A stretch of 64,000 nucleotides of DNA from an uncultured SAR86 cluster bacterium (GTDB taxonomy: Bacteria; Pseudomonadota; Gammaproteobacteria; Magnimaribacterales; D2472). Position 1 is the first letter of the stretch, and each line of letters opens with the position of its first letter. Under the pieces are notes generated by a model. The model was given only the letters and a program-made list of their open reading frames with translations, was not told the origin of the DNA and did not search any database. Positions 37,186 to 49,444 of the stretch are shown piece by piece. The stretch spans positions 54,985 through 118,984 of the forward strand of contig CABYHU010000003.1 of NCBI GenBank assembly GCA_902518715.1, in the 5' to 3' direction. The position numbers and the translations under genes are program-made.

Positions 37186-38399
37186 TATTTGTCTAGCTCA
37201 AATACATCATGTAAGACTTTTACGGCTTTTTCAAGATCATCTTTTTCGATAACCAATGTCAACTTAATTTCGGAAGTGCTAATCATGCCAATATTTATTT
37301 CGTTTTCAGATAATACCTGGAAAGCTTTTGCTGCGACTCCAGCATGAGACCTAATTCCAACACCAACAATAGAAACTTTAGCAATTTCATCGTCAATTAT
37401 TACTTCTTTATAGTTTATGGATTTTTGAATATTGTTAATTGCTTCATCCAACAAACTTTTTTCCTCGGTTGCTATGGTAAAAGTAAAATCCGTCTTGCCT
37501 TCAATTCCAACATTCTGAACTATAACGTCAACTTTCATGTCTAATTCACTAAGCGGACCAAGTATCTTTGATGCTATACCTGGAGTATCTTCAACCGCAG
37601 TAAAAGTTACTTTTGTTTGGTCTGTTTGGAAGGCTATTCCTGAAATTTCTGCATTTTCCATAGTATCATTCTCTAAAGTTATCATAGTACCAGTACCTGA
37701 TGAAAAGCTCGATAAAACTCTCACAGGAACCTTAAATTTATTTGCGAATTCTACAGCTCTTATCTGAATGACTTTAGCTCCTTGACCTGCAAGCTCAAGC
37801 ATGCCTTCCATTGTAATTGCATCAAGTTTTTTTGCATTGGGAACAATTCTTGGGTCTGTAGTGTAAATACCATCAACATCCGTATAAATATCACAACGAT
37901 GAGCTTTAAGAGAAGCAGCAATTGCAACAGCAGTAGTATCAGATCCACCTCTACCTAAGGTAGTAACTTCTCCAGTTTCAGTTATTCCTTGGAAACCGGT
38001 AATAATTGGAATTGAGCCATCTGCAAGAATCTCTTCCATTTTTGCTTTATCTATATCTAAAATCTTTGCCTTTGAAAAGTTAGATGTAGTTTTAAGTGAA
38101 ACTTGAGCAGCTGAATAAGATTTTGCCTTCAAGCCAAGAGAATTAAGGGCCATTGCTAAGAGAGATGCACTTACTTTCTCGCCAGTTGATATCAAGGCAT
38201 CGAATTCTCTTTTGTTCGTATTATCTCCAAATAATTTTGAGAGTTCTATAAGTCGATCAGTCTCTCCTGCCATTGCTGATACAACAACTACAACAGTGTT
38301 CATCTCTGCCTCATTTTTTATAATTTCAGCGACTGCAGCTATTCGCTCTCCCGAACCAACAGATGTGCCTCCAAATTTTTGAACTATAACTTGTTGCAT
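37185..38399 (-). CDS. lysC: Aspartate kinase
   Basis: 404 aa with VQKFGGTSVG, GRGGSDTTA and two C-terminal ACT domains. Confidence 0.95.
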   Translation of the reverse strand: MQQVIVQKFGGTSVGSGERIAAVAEIIKNEAEMNTVVVVVSAMAGETDRLIELSKLFGDNTNKREFDALISTGEKVSASLLAMALNSLGLKAKSYSAAQVSLKTTSNFSKAKILDIDKAKMEEILADGSIPIITGFQGITETGEVTTLGRGGSDTTAVAIAASLKAHRCDIYTDVDGIYTTDPRIVPNAKKLDAITMEGMLELAGQGAKVIQIRAVEFANKFKVPVRVLSSFSSGTGTMITLENDTMENAEISGIAFQTDQTKVTFTAVEDTPGIASKILGPLSELDMKVDVIVQNVGIEGKTDFTFTIATEEKSLLDEAINNIQKSINYKEVIIDDEIAKVSIVGVGIRSHAGVAAKAFQVLSENEINIGMISTSEIKLTLVIEKDDLEKAVKVLHDVFELDK

Positions 38400-38408
38400 A
38401 AGAAAAAT

Positions 38409-40979
38409 TTATGCGAGCGATTGTACGATATTAGGGATATCAGAAACAAATTTTTCTCTATCAGAAGGCTTGCCTGCACCTTGAGCAAATTCTACTCTTC
38501 CACCACCTTTACCTTCAATAGGTGACGTTAGAGCATTAATGAGATCTTTTGCTGAAATTCTTGATTGAAGGTCTTTTGATACGGAACAAAGAATAGTTAA
38601 TGTTTCGTTTTTAGAGCTTAAAAGAATAAAGATAGAGTTATTTGCATTTTTTGTTTTTTCATCAAGTAGTGGTCTTAATTCTTTGATATCCTCTGATTCT
38701 GCCTCTTCAATTACTAATTTAAAGTTATCAATATCATGTGTATTAGAGGATTTAATTGTGGCTGCTTTGGCGGTTTTGCCACCTTTCTTTAAGCTTTTAT
38801 TTTCCTTTAAAAGCTTGCTCACTTTATCTTCAATTTCTTCAGCAGGAGCATTTAATAGTTTTTGGAGTTGAATAGTTTGATTTTTAAGATTTGATAAATA
38901 TTCTTGAGCTCTAGGACCAGATAATGCCTCAATTCTTCTGATACCAGAGGCTACACTGCTTTGACTTGTTATTATAAAAATACCAAGATCCCCTGTTCTT
39001 GAGATATGTGTTCCACCACAAAGCTCAAGAGAAAAATCATCTTCACCAATTGATAAGACTCTTACCTGATCTTCATACTTTTCGCCAAATAAGGACTCTG
39101 CACCTGAATTCTTAGCATCTTCTAAATCCATTATTTTGGTGCTTACAGCTGAATTCTTTAGTATTTCTTGATTTACTAAATCTTCAATTTTGGATATCTC
39201 TTTGTCTGATAATGATTCATCGTGGGAGAAATCAAATCTAAGTTTATGCTCATCAACAAGGGAACCCTTTTGCTTGACATGATCTCCAAGCACCCTTTTT
39301 AGTGCAGCATGGACTAAATGGGTAGCAGAATGATGAGCTTCAGTTTTTTCTCTTTTTTCTATATTCACATTAACTTCAATTTTATCATCAATTTTTAAGC
39401 TTCCTTTGTCTAACTTTATAAGGTGCATAAAAACTTTTCCAGATTTTTTACAATCTAAAATGCTGCCCTCGGCATTTTTAGATTTAAACCAACCTCTATC
39501 ACCAACCTGCCCACCTGACTCTGCATAAATTGCAGTCTGGTTAAGTGCTATAAAGTACTCTTGTGGCTCACTAGCAAGCTCAACTTTTTCATTTTTATTC
39601 CAAATTGCTATTACATTTGAGTCTGAAGACATATGTTCATAACCAATAAAATCTGTTTCCTTCAAATCTTCTGCAGTAGGAATCTTTGATACAAACGAAC
39701 TTGATGCCTTTGACATTTGTTGCTGAGATTCCATATTCTTCTTAAATCCTTTTTCATCAATATCAATGCCCTTTTCTCTCGCAATATCAGCCGTTAGATC
39801 AAATGGAAAACCAAAAGTATCGTGAAGCTTAAAGGCCAAATCTCCTGAAATAATTTCTTTATTCCCTTCAGCAAGAGTAGAGTCCAAAATCTGAATACCT
39901 TTATCGAGGGTTTGTAAAAACTGAGTCTCTTCATTTTTGATGAGTTTTTTAATTCTTTCTTCGTCATTTTTTAGTTGTGGATAGGCATTACCCATTGCGT
40001 TAACGAAAGTTTTAACTAGCTTATACATAAAAGGCTTATCTGCTCCTATTTTGTAGCCATGTCTAATAGCTCTTCGCAAGATTCTTCTGAGAACATAGCC
40101 TCTTCCTTCATTAGATGGAAAAACATCATCTGAAATTAAGAAGCATGAAGATCTAAGATGGTCAGCAATTACTTTGTGGGAGACATCTCCAGCACTTCCA
40201 AGCACTTTCTGAGATTCTTCAATTAAGTTTGAAAAGATATCAGTTTCATAGTTTGACCCTACTCCCTGCATTACTGCAGCAATTCTTTCTAGTCCCATTC
40301 CAGTATCAACTGATGGTTTTGGTAAATCATGCAGCACGCCATCTGTATCTCGGTTGAATTGCATAAAGACTAAGTTCCATATCTCTACAAATCTATCGCC
40401 CTCATCTCCATCTTCACCTGGCGGTGTTCCTTCATATTTATCTCCGTGATCAAAAAAGATTTCTGAGCAAGGACCACAAGGTCCAGTATCAGCCATCGAC
40501 CAAAAATTATCTTTATCTCCGAGCTTCGCAATTCTATCCGGATCAATGCCAATCTTATTTATCCAAATTTCTTTTGCCTCGTCATCATCTTTATAAACTG
40601 TAATCCATAATCTATCCTTATCTAGTTTGAGAACATCAGTTAAAAACTCCCATGCAAAAACTATAGCCTCTTCTTTAAAATAGTCGCCAAAGCTAAAGTT
40701 CCCAAGCATTTCAAAAAAAGTATGGTGGCGAAGCGTATAGCCTACATTTTCAAGATCATTATGCTTACCTCCAGCACGAATACATTTTTGGGAAGTGGTG
40801 GCTCTGGAAAATTTAAGTTTTTCTTGGCCTAAAAAGACATCTTTAAACTGAACCATGCCTGCATTAGTGAAAAGCAAAGTGTCATCATTGTTGGGTACGA
40901 GAGAACTTGAAGAAACAATATTATGATCCTTTGTTTTAAAGAATTCTAGAAATGCTTCTCTTATCTCATTGGTATTCAT
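38409..40979 (-). CDS. alaS: Alanine--tRNA ligase
   Basis: 856 aa with FTNAGMVQFK, editing-domain HHSATHL...CGGTH, and a C-terminal DHHA1 with GGG. Confidence 0.97.
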   Translation of the reverse strand: MNTNEIREAFLEFFKTKDHNIVSSSSLVPNNDDTLLFTNAGMVQFKDVFLGQEKLKFSRATTSQKCIRAGGKHNDLENVGYTLRHHTFFEMLGNFSFGDYFKEEAIVFAWEFLTDVLKLDKDRLWITVYKDDDEAKEIWINKIGIDPDRIAKLGDKDNFWSMADTGPCGPCSEIFFDHGDKYEGTPPGEDGDEGDRFVEIWNLVFMQFNRDTDGVLHDLPKPSVDTGMGLERIAAVMQGVGSNYETDIFSNLIEESQKVLGSAGDVSHKVIADHLRSSCFLISDDVFPSNEGRGYVLRRILRRAIRHGYKIGADKPFMYKLVKTFVNAMGNAYPQLKNDEERIKKLIKNEETQFLQTLDKGIQILDSTLAEGNKEIISGDLAFKLHDTFGFPFDLTADIAREKGIDIDEKGFKKNMESQQQMSKASSSFVSKIPTAEDLKETDFIGYEHMSSDSNVIAIWNKNEKVELASEPQEYFIALNQTAIYAESGGQVGDRGWFKSKNAEGSILDCKKSGKVFMHLIKLDKGSLKIDDKIEVNVNIEKREKTEAHHSATHLVHAALKRVLGDHVKQKGSLVDEHKLRFDFSHDESLSDKEISKIEDLVNQEILKNSAVSTKIMDLEDAKNSGAESLFGEKYEDQVRVLSIGEDDFSLELCGGTHISRTGDLGIFIITSQSSVASGIRRIEALSGPRAQEYLSNLKNQTIQLQKLLNAPAEEIEDKVSKLLKENKSLKKGGKTAKAATIKSSNTHDIDNFKLVIEEAESEDIKELRPLLDEKTKNANNSIFILLSSKNETLTILCSVSKDLQSRISAKDLINALTSPIEGKGGGRVEFAQGAGKPSDREKFVSDIPNIVQSLA

Positions 40980-41767
40980 TTTTTTTCGTATCTGCCACCT
41001 GTAAGTGCATTACTAAAAATATTAATTAAAAATGAAAAATATGTCATAAGAAAGACTAATACCTTGTATCTTTTACTTGGGATAGAAAGACGCTTGCCAG
41101 CAAACATTGCATCAAGGCCTTCTCTAGCTACTCTCTCAGCAGTTAATTTCATAAATGCTGGAACTTTGTCCATTTGCTCCTGAGTGCCTGATGCAGAATG
41201 GAATTCAGTAACTGTATAACCTGGGCAAACTGAAGTTGAAGAAATGCCCTTACGTTTGTAATTTATATTTATAGAATCACTAAATCTATTCATAAATGTT
41301 TTAATTGGTCCATAAAGTGTCTGGATTGCCGATGGTGGAGCAAAAGATGCTACCGAAGAGACAATCATAACTTTTCCACCGCCCCTTGCTAGAAGATCGG
41401 GTACAAACTTCTTTGTTAGAGCAATTACAGATATTGCTAACACTCTGAGACTTTTTTCTTCATCTTCCATAGGAACTTCATGAAATGGTTTTGGCAACCC
41501 ATAACCTGCATTATTAATAAGAATTTCTACGTCATAATTATTATTCTTACAAAATTCATGAATTTGATCTGGTGCATCAACTTCAGCTAAATCAGCTGTA
41601 ATGTAATCAACATTCACTTGATACCTACTTCTAATTTCTGAGGCTAGTTCTTGTAATCTATTTTCTCTTCTAGCAGTCAATATAATATCGTGACCTCTTT
41701 CAGCAAGCTGTATTGCTATTTCTTTTCCAATTCCCGCTGAAGCGCCTGTAACTATTGCATATGACAT
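40976..41767 (-). CDS. Short-chain dehydrogenase/reductase (SDR)
   Basis: 263 aa with TGASAGIGKE, NNAG and Y..IK (YGPIK). Confidence 0.85.
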   Translation of the reverse strand: MSYAIVTGASAGIGKEIAIQLAERGHDIILTARRENRLQELASEIRSRYQVNVDYITADLAEVDAPDQIHEFCKNNNYDVEILINNAGYGLPKPFHEVPMEDEEKSLRVLAISVIALTKKFVPDLLARGGGKVMIVSSVASFAPPSAIQTLYGPIKTFMNRFSDSININYKRKGISSTSVCPGYTVTEFHSASGTQEQMDKVPAFMKLTAERVAREGLDAMFAGKRLSIPSKRYKVLVFLMTYFSFLINIFSNALTGGRYEKK

Positions 41768-42283
41768 TTAAAAATCTCCTTTTTTATATCTTTTATAATT
41801 TTCAACATAAAATTTCGAGTTTAAAGTTGGTAGTTGTTGCTCTTCCTCCGATAACTCTCTTTTTACCTTAGCTGGAATACCCATAACCATTGATCCATCA
41901 GGGATTACAGCATTCTCAGTAATTAAAGCTTTGGCTCCAATTATGCAGTTTTTACCTATTTTCGCACCATTTAGAATGACTGAATTGATACCAATAAGCG
42001 AGCCATCACCTATTTCACATCCATGAAGCATAGCCATATGCCCAACGGTAACATTATTACCAATGGTACATTTGAAGCCAGGATCTGTATGAATAATAGA
42101 ACCTTCTTGAATATTTGACCCTTTCCCTATAGAAATAGGCTCATTATCTCCTCTAACTACGCAATTAAACCAAATACTTGCATCTGTATCTAAAAAAACA
42201 TCACCAATGACGGTAGCGTTATTGGCAATCCAGAAATTTTCGTCCCGCATTTTAGGTTTTTTTCCATCTAATTCGTAAATCAT
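41768..42283 (-). CDS. Gamma-carbonic-anhydrase-like / hexapeptide-repeat (YrdA/PaaY family) protein
   Basis: 171 aa left-handed beta-helix repeat protein with VRGD....IG..SNIQ(E/D)G...H. Confidence 0.85.
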   Translation of the reverse strand: MIYELDGKKPKMRDENFWIANNATVIGDVFLDTDASIWFNCVVRGDNEPISIGKGSNIQEGSIIHTDPGFKCTIGNNVTVGHMAMLHGCEIGDGSLIGINSVILNGAKIGKNCIIGAKALITENAVIPDGSMVMGIPAKVKRELSEEEQQLPTLNSKFYVENYKRYKKGDF

Positions 42284-42855
42284 CGCTTCCAGTCCAATTT
42301 TATTCCTGCATCAAAATAATCATTAACAAAAATTGCTGTGATCATTGCAGTAAGTCCCCAAATCTTAAATCCATTATAACTCCATGATGGTGATTTGAAC
42401 TTAATTCCATCTCTTTCTAATTCTTGCCAAATAATATTTTCTTCATCAAGTAAATATGAAATAGGGACATCAAATATTTCATCTATTTCATAATTGGATT
42501 TAAAGGTTTGATTAGTTTCTAAAAATCCAACAACTGGATGAACTTCTACTTTATGTCTCGAGATAAAATAATCCATTTTTCCTAGAATCTCTAAATTTGT
42601 AGATTGGAGATTAATTTCTTCTTCACATTCCCTGAGAGCAGTCTGAAAAATATCTTGATCAATCTGTTCCATCATTCCACCAGGAAAACTGACTTCACCT
42701 GCATGAGTTTTCATTTTCGATGATCTCAACGTAAATTTAATAGAAAAATTTTTGTCACCAATTTTTGATATTAAAATCATAACGCCAGCTTTTCTGTTTC
42801 CAGTAGTCGCATCATAATTAATATTACTTAATTTATCTTTTATTGAAGAAATCAT
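42280..42855 (-). CDS. NUDIX hydrolase, CoA pyrophosphatase-like (NudL type)
   Basis: 191 aa. [21 protein letters not shown]...[11 protein letters not shown] has the Nudix box with the upstream CoA-ase-like motif. Confidence 0.75.
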   Translation of the reverse strand: MISSIKDKLSNINYDATTGNRKAGVMILISKIGDKNFSIKFTLRSSKMKTHAGEVSFPGGMMEQIDQDIFQTALRECEEEINLQSTNLEILGKMDYFISRHKVEVHPVVGFLETNQTFKSNYEIDEIFDVPISYLLDEENIIWQELERDGIKFKSPSWSYNGFKIWGLTAMITAIFVNDYFDAGIKLDWKR

Positions 42856-42898
42856 TTAAGATAGTTTAACTTTTTTTAGAAAAAATATTGGTTAAGTT

Positions 42899-43435
42899 GT
42901 GAAGTATTGTTCAAATTGTGGAAGCTCAAATTTAGAATTTAAAATCCCTGAAGATGATAATCGAAAGCGATATTGTTGCAATGATTGCGATACAATTTTT
43001 TATACAAATCCAAATCTAGTAGTGGGCACATTATCAACATTTGATAACAAAATATTAATTGCTAAAAGAAGTATTCATCCGCGTAAAGATAAGTGGACAT
43101 TGCCGGCAGGTTTTCTTGAAAATGCAGAAACGATGCAAGCTGGTGCATTAAGAGAAACATTAGAAGAAACTCAAGCTAATGCTGAAATAATTAAGCCATA
43201 TACTGTCATAAGTCTACCGCATATCAGTCAGATACACGTCTTTTATCTAGCTAAACTTCTTTCAGATTCCTTTGGACCAACCAATGAAAGTAGTGAAGTA
43301 AAGCTGGTTGAAATATCAGAAATTCCATGGGATGAATTAGCTTTCCCTACAGTTTCAATGACTCTAAAATATTTCGTTGAGGATTCTAAAAAAGACAATT
43401 TTGAATTTCGTGAAGAAGAAATTTTACTGAGCTAA
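42899..43435 (+). CDS. NUDIX hydrolase with N-terminal zinc ribbon
   Basis: 178 aa, GTG start. CSNCGS...CCNDCDT followed by the Nudix box GFLENAETMQAGALRETLEET. Confidence 0.8.
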   Translation: MKYCSNCGSSNLEFKIPEDDNRKRYCCNDCDTIFYTNPNLVVGTLSTFDNKILIAKRSIHPRKDKWTLPAGFLENAETMQAGALRETLEETQANAEIIKPYTVISLPHISQIHVFYLAKLLSDSFGPTNESSEVKLVEISEIPWDELAFPTVSMTLKYFVEDSKKDNFEFREEEILLS

Positions 43436-46400
43436 CTCACAAACTTTTTAGCATTAATAAAGATCTGCATCCAAGGAGAAAATTCTCCCCAAGATAATGG
43501 TTTCCATGAAAATTGATGGGAGCGAAAAACTCTTTCGGGGTGAGGCATCATGACTGTTATGTTTCCATTATCATTTGTAATTCCTGTAATTCCTGAAGGT
43601 GATTTATTTGGGTTCAATGGATATTGTTCTGTTTGATATCCTGACGAATCTACGAAAGTCATACAAATCTTTTCTGAATCAAAAAGTTTATTTATATCGT
43701 CTTCATTTTCAAAACATGCTCTACCCTCTCCATGCGAAACAATAATTGGTAGCGACCAGTCTTCCATATCATTTAACAGCACAGATTTTGATTTTAGGAT
43801 TTTTACCTGACTCAGTCTTGCTTCAAATTGATCAGAATGATTCTTTTGGAAACTTGGCCAAGAATCTGTTCCGGGAATTATTTCTTTTATGGAGGAAAGC
43901 ATTTGGCATCCATTACAAACACCAAGTGTAAATTTTTGCTCGTCCTCAAAAAATTTTAAAAACTTTTCTTGAATGCTTTCACTAAAATTGATTGTGCTAG
44001 ACCAACCCTTTCCTGCTCCTAAAACATCTCCATATGAAAATCCACCACAAACAGCGAGACCATTAAATTCACTTAAATCTTTTTTCTGCTCTAACAAATC
44101 CTGCATGTGAATATCATGTGCTTCAAAACCTGCTTTTATGAATGCAGCTGCCATTTCATTTTGTCCATTCACACCTTGCTCTCTTAAAATTGCAACTTTT
44201 GGTTTATTTTTTAGGAAATTGAGTATTTTCAGACCTTTTTTAGGTTGCTTAAAGGAGTCATTTGCAAATAATCCAGTATTTGAGGTCTTTGAAATAAGAT
44301 CAAACTCCGATTTTGCATCATCTTTATTATCACGAATAGATTTAATACGATATGAGACCTGAGACCAAGCCTGCTCAAGCTCTGCAATGTCTCGTGAGAA
44401 CAATTTATCCTTATTTTTATCAAGAATATCAAAGTTACTTCCGCCGATTTTTCCTAAATACTGGAATATGAGGTTTTGAGAATGAGCTGATTGCTTTAAC
44501 TCTTTTAATTTAGATTCATTTATTTGGATAACTACTCCAATCTCTTCAGAAAATAAGAATTGCTCCGGAGAAACCTGAAAATTGTTATCAAGCGATATTG
44601 AACATCCTATTTTATTTGTAAAGCAAAGTTCAGATAAGGTGGCAAGGATTCCTCCATCAGAAATATCATGAAGCGCATGAATATTTTTCTTATTTACTCC
44701 TTCCTGAATAAAATTAAATAAATTTAACAGTTCTTCGGATGAAATATCTGGTGTATCAGTAAATGATGTTTTAAAAATATCTTGATAAATTGATCCATTC
44801 AATCTAAAAAAATTATTTGGTTTTACTAAAACCAAGCATGGATCTTCTAAGTTTTTATACTCTGTAGTTATTGATGTTCTTACATCTTTGACAGGTGCCA
44901 TAGCTGAAATGATTCCTGTCATTGGACTTTTAACGGTGAAGTTTGATTGGTCTTTTTCCCAAGTTGTTCTCATGGACAAAGAATCTTTACCAACAGGAAT
45001 TGCTATCCCAAGATCAATACAAAAGTTTGATAATGCTTCCACTCCTTTTCTAAGATTTAAATCTTCAATATTTTCTCCACATGCCGCCATCCAGTTAGCT
45101 GATGCTCTGATAGAAGAAATAGATTCAATTGGAACTGACATCATATTGGTTACAGCTTCGGCTACTGCCATTCGCATTGAGGCAGCTGGATCATGAATAG
45201 ATAAAGCCGGTCTCTCTCCAATACTTATGACTTCTCCGCAAACATCATCAAAAGATCTCAAGGACATAGCATAGTTTGATGTAGGCACTTGCCACTTTCC
45301 AACAAATTGATCTCTTGCAACCATTCCTCCTACCGATCTATCACCGATGGTAATTAAAAATGATTTTGAACCAACCGTAGGATGACTAAGAACATTTTCA
45401 GCACTTTTCTCAATATGTTTTTTAACAGACTCTTTTGCTTTTGGATCAAGCTGTGAAATATCTAAATCATTATCTGCATCTATTGCTATCTTTTGTCCAA
45501 CATTAAAAACATTTTTTTCTTGTTGAACGACTTTCTTTTCTAGTGGCAGTTCACCAAATAGCATAGATAAAGGTACATCTACTGGATAATTATTAGCACT
45601 TTCATCAAAAAGTTTTACATATTTTTCAGTTGTTGTTTTTCCTACAACTGCAAAAAGACAACGCTCTCTCTCACAAATTTCTGTAAATAGTTCTTCATTG
45701 TCAGAATGAATGCTTAAAACATATCTTTCCTGCGATTCGTTTGACCAAATTTCCATCGGTGACATTGAGAGATCTGCGCATGGAATATCTTTAAGATTTA
45801 TACGAACTCCCAGCTCACTATCTTTAGCTAGTTCTGGTATTGCATTTGAAAGGCCGCCTGCACCAACATCATGTATAAACTCTATGATGCTGGGATTTTT
45901 ATTGTTACAAATATTAATTACTTCTTGGCATCGTCTTTCCATTTCTGCATTATCTCTTTGTACTGAAGCAAAATCTAAATCCTCATCACTTTGTCCTGAT
46001 GACATTGATGATGCAGCACCGCCCCCGAGACCAATAAGCATTGATGGACCGCCTAAAACAATTACTAAATAGTCCTCACTAATTCGTTTTTTAAAATTAT
46101 TCCTATCAATAATCTCTCCGATTCCACCAGCCAACATAATTGGTTTGTGATAACCATATGCTATGGAATCTTTGAAAGAAGTTTCAAAACTTCTGAAGTA
46201 ACCTAAGATTGATGGACGACCAAATTCATTATTAAATGCGGCACCTCCAAGAGGTGCATCAATCATTATTTCAAGCGGCGAAGCGATCCTTTCTGGTTTA
46301 TTTTCATCATCTTCCCAAGAGCGAATAAAGTCAGGGAGTCTCAAGTTAGAAACATTAAACCCAACTAAGCCAACCTTTGGCTTTGCTCCCATTCCAGTTG

Positions 46401-47340
46401 CACCCTCATCTCTGATTTCTCCACCTGATCCTGTGGATGCTCCTGGAAATGGTGAGATTGCGGTTGGGTGATTATGGGTTTCTACCTTTATAGTTGAATT
46501 AATCTTTTCTTGAATTAACTCATAAGTTTGATCATCATTTACTGAAAGCCTTTTAGTGTTTACTCCTTCAATGATGGCTGCATTATCTTTGTAAGCAGAA
46601 ATTATATTTTTTGGCGATTCTTTACTGGTCTTTTTAATTAGCTGAAATAAAGAATCTTCTTTTTCTTCGCCGTCCACTTGCCAATTGGTGTTAAAGATTT
46701 TATGCCTGCAATGTTCTGAGTTTGCTTGTGAGAACATCATGAGTTCAGCATCAGTAGGATTTCTATTAATCGAATTATAAAAATCTAAGAGATAATCTAT
46801 TTCATCATTTGAAATTGCAAAACCATATTTTGTGTTTGCATCCTCAAGAGCTTTTTTCCCACCAGAAATAATATCAATCTCACCAAGACCTCTTTTATCT
46901 AGCTCAAAGAAAAACTCTGCTAGCTCTTCAGTTGTTGAGTAAATGGATTGAGTCATGCGATCAAAGACCGAGGAAAGGTCAAGGTTTGAATTAGGTTCTA
47001 AGTTAGAAATCTTAAAGCCATAAAACCTCTCAATTCTGGATATTCCAACAATCCCAACATTTTTAAAAATATCTTCAGTTTTTGAAGACCAGGGACTAAT
47101 GGTTGATCTTCTAGGTCCTACAAAAAAGTCAAATTCTTCTGCTAGCTCCTCGCAGCCAAGAATTCTTTTACATCTATCAAGCTCATTACAAGAGTCCTCT
47201 GCACTAACTATGAAAACCTCTATACATTCAATAGTCGCTTCAGAGTTATTTGAAAAATTGAATTCGTCAGTAAGCTTGGCGGCAGTTGCCGAAGAAAAGG
47301 CATTTCCCCCTGAGAAGATATTAATTTTTAAATTTGGCAC
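43432..47340 (-). CDS. purL: Phosphoribosylformylglycinamidine synthase (large single-chain type)
   Basis: 1302 aa with ETHNHPTAISPFPGASTGSGGEIRD and a C-terminal glutaminase (GVCNGCQM, MMPHPER). GTG start. Confidence 0.97.
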   Translation of the reverse strand: MPNLKINIFSGGNAFSSATAAKLTDEFNFSNNSEATIECIEVFIVSAEDSCNELDRCKRILGCEELAEEFDFFVGPRRSTISPWSSKTEDIFKNVGIVGISRIERFYGFKISNLEPNSNLDLSSVFDRMTQSIYSTTEELAEFFFELDKRGLGEIDIISGGKKALEDANTKYGFAISNDEIDYLLDFYNSINRNPTDAELMMFSQANSEHCRHKIFNTNWQVDGEEKEDSLFQLIKKTSKESPKNIISAYKDNAAIIEGVNTKRLSVNDDQTYELIQEKINSTIKVETHNHPTAISPFPGASTGSGGEIRDEGATGMGAKPKVGLVGFNVSNLRLPDFIRSWEDDENKPERIASPLEIMIDAPLGGAAFNNEFGRPSILGYFRSFETSFKDSIAYGYHKPIMLAGGIGEIIDRNNFKKRISEDYLVIVLGGPSMLIGLGGGAASSMSSGQSDEDLDFASVQRDNAEMERRCQEVINICNNKNPSIIEFIHDVGAGGLSNAIPELAKDSELGVRINLKDIPCADLSMSPMEIWSNESQERYVLSIHSDNEELFTEICERERCLFAVVGKTTTEKYVKLFDESANNYPVDVPLSMLFGELPLEKKVVQQEKNVFNVGQKIAIDADNDLDISQLDPKAKESVKKHIEKSAENVLSHPTVGSKSFLITIGDRSVGGMVARDQFVGKWQVPTSNYAMSLRSFDDVCGEVISIGERPALSIHDPAASMRMAVAEAVTNMMSVPIESISSIRASANWMAACGENIEDLNLRKGVEALSNFCIDLGIAIPVGKDSLSMRTTWEKDQSNFTVKSPMTGIISAMAPVKDVRTSITTEYKNLEDPCLVLVKPNNFFRLNGSIYQDIFKTSFTDTPDISSEELLNLFNFIQEGVNKKNIHALHDISDGGILATLSELCFTNKIGCSISLDNNFQVSPEQFLFSEEIGVVIQINESKLKELKQSAHSQNLIFQYLGKIGGSNFDILDKNKDKLFSRDIAELEQAWSQVSYRIKSIRDNKDDAKSEFDLISKTSNTGLFANDSFKQPKKGLKILNFLKNKPKVAILREQGVNGQNEMAAAFIKAGFEAHDIHMQDLLEQKKDLSEFNGLAVCGGFSYGDVLGAGKGWSSTINFSESIQEKFLKFFEDEQKFTLGVCNGCQMLSSIKEIIPGTDSWPSFQKNHSDQFEARLSQVKILKSKSVLLNDMEDWSLPIIVSHGEGRACFENEDDINKLFDSEKICMTFVDSSGYQTEQYPLNPNKSPSGITGITNDNGNITVMMPHPERVFRSHQFSWKPLSWGEFSPWMQIFINAKKFVS

Positions 47341-47404
47341 TTATTAAAGATTTAAAAACCTTAAGACAATTATAGGATAAAAACTTTGCTCAAACAGTAG
47401 CAAT

Positions 47405-49414
47405 CTAGACTTCTATTAACTTTCTTTTAAGTTCTTTAATTTTATCTCTGCAATAAGCAGCTTTTTCAAACTCAGTTTGATTTGCATACTTATACATCTG
47501 CTCTTCAAGCTTATTAATTGATTTTGAGATTTCATCAGGATTTGACTCTTTGATTCTAAATTTCAAGTCTTTTGAATAATCTTGTGGTCTGTTCTTAGAG
47601 GCTCTCTTATTGACTCTTGCGCCTTCCATAATATCTTTTACTTCTTTCTTAATCGACTGAGGTTTAATATTATTTTTTTCATTGAACTCTAGCTGGATAT
47701 CTCGCCTTCTTGAAGTTTCAGCTAAGGCTCGCTCCATTGATCCAGTTTTTTTATCTGCATATAGGATTGCTTTTCCTCTTAAGTTTCTGGCTGCTCTTCC
47801 TATCGTTTGAATAAGGGTTGTTTCGGACCTTAAAAAACCTTCTTTATCTGCATCAAGAATTGCTACAAGGCTTACCTCAGGAATATCTAGCCCTTCTCTC
47901 AATAAATTAATACCCACTAAAACATCGAACTTACCAAGTCTAAGGTCTCGAATAATTTCTACCCTTTCAACAGTATCAATATCTGAATGCATGTATCTTG
48001 TTTTAATATCATTCTCATTTAGATAATCGGTAAGATCCTCTGCCATTCTTTTAGTCAAAGTTGTTATGAGCACTCTCTCCTTAAGCATTGCTCTCTCATT
48101 GCATTCACCAATCACATCATCAACCTGAGATGTAGCTGGTCTGATTTCAACTTCTGGATCAGTTAAACCAGTTGGTCTAACAAGAAGCTCTACCAAGTTA
48201 TCATTTCTTTCTGACTCATACTTATTTGGTGTAGCAGAGACATAAATTCTTTGTGATGCAAGTAACTCCCACTCTTCAAATCTTAAAGGCCTATTATCTA
48301 CAGCAGATGGAAGCCTGAAACCATACTCAACTAAGGTTTCTTTTCTTGATCTATCACCCTTATACATGGCGCCTATTTGCGGAACTGTAACGTGAGACTC
48401 ATCAATGAAAACTAAAGCATTTTTTGGAACATAATCGAATAAGCAAGGCGGCGGTTCTCCTGACTCTCTGCCTGAAAGATATCGAGAGTAATTCTCAATT
48501 CCCTGACAATAGCCAAGCTCTCGCATCATTTCTAAATCATATTGCGTTCTCTCTTGAAGTCTTTGCGCTTCTACTAACTTATTATTTTCCTTCAAAAAGG
48601 CTAGCCTATCTTTGAGTTCCTCTTCAATTTCAGGAATGCATGCATTGATTTTTTCTCTGGGAGTTACATAGTGGGTTTTTGGAAAGATAGTAGCTCTTGG
48701 TGTTTCTGAAATAATCTCGCCTGTTAGTGAGTCGATCCATAGGAGACTTTCAATTTCATCTCCAAACATCTGAATGCGCAATGCTTCTCTCTCTGAGTCA
48801 GCTGGATATACATCTATAGTGTCCCCTCTGACTCTAAAAGTTGATCTTCTAAAATCAAGATCATTTCTGGTGTATTGCATAACAGATAGCTTCTTTAAAA
48901 GTTGCCTTTGATCAACTTCATCACCTCTGTCTAAATGCATGACCATCTCTAAATAAGACTCAGGTGCTCCCAATCCATAAATGGATGAAACTGTTGCAAC
49001 AACAATTGCATCTTTTCTCTCTATCAATGCTTTTGTCGCAGATAATCGCATTTGCTCAATATGCTCATTAATTGATGCATCTTTAGCAATATAAGTATCT
49101 GAGGCTGGGACATAAGCCTCAGGCTGATAATAATCATAGTAAGAAACAAAATACTCAACAGAATTATTTGGAAAAAAATCCCTAAATTCACCATAGAGTT
49201 GAGCGGCAAGAGTTTTGTTATGTGCCATGATTATTGCTGGACGCTGAGTCTCTTCAATAACTTTTGCCATAGTGTATGTTTTACCAGAACCCGTTACACC
49301 CAAAAGAACTTGATGGAGCAAACCGTTATCTATACCTGATACCAGACTTTTAATTGCCTCAGGTTGGGTTCCTGCTGGATCAAAACTACTTACTACTTCA
49401 AGTTTTTTCGTCAT
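47405..49414 (-). CDS. uvrB: Excinuclease ABC subunit B
   Basis: 669 aa with [12 protein letters not shown], helicase motifs and a C-terminal UVR domain. Confidence 0.97.
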   Translation of the reverse strand: MTKKLEVVSSFDPAGTQPEAIKSLVSGIDNGLLHQVLLGVTGSGKTYTMAKVIEETQRPAIIMAHNKTLAAQLYGEFRDFFPNNSVEYFVSYYDYYQPEAYVPASDTYIAKDASINEHIEQMRLSATKALIERKDAIVVATVSSIYGLGAPESYLEMVMHLDRGDEVDQRQLLKKLSVMQYTRNDLDFRRSTFRVRGDTIDVYPADSEREALRIQMFGDEIESLLWIDSLTGEIISETPRATIFPKTHYVTPREKINACIPEIEEELKDRLAFLKENNKLVEAQRLQERTQYDLEMMRELGYCQGIENYSRYLSGRESGEPPPCLFDYVPKNALVFIDESHVTVPQIGAMYKGDRSRKETLVEYGFRLPSAVDNRPLRFEEWELLASQRIYVSATPNKYESERNDNLVELLVRPTGLTDPEVEIRPATSQVDDVIGECNERAMLKERVLITTLTKRMAEDLTDYLNENDIKTRYMHSDIDTVERVEIIRDLRLGKFDVLVGINLLREGLDIPEVSLVAILDADKEGFLRSETTLIQTIGRAARNLRGKAILYADKKTGSMERALAETSRRRDIQLEFNEKNNIKPQSIKKEVKDIMEGARVNKRASKNRPQDYSKDLKFRIKESNPDEISKSINKLEEQMYKYANQTEFEKAAYCRDKIKELKRKLIEV

Positions 49415-49444
49415 TTATTTCTTACTTATTAAATAAAAATTAAT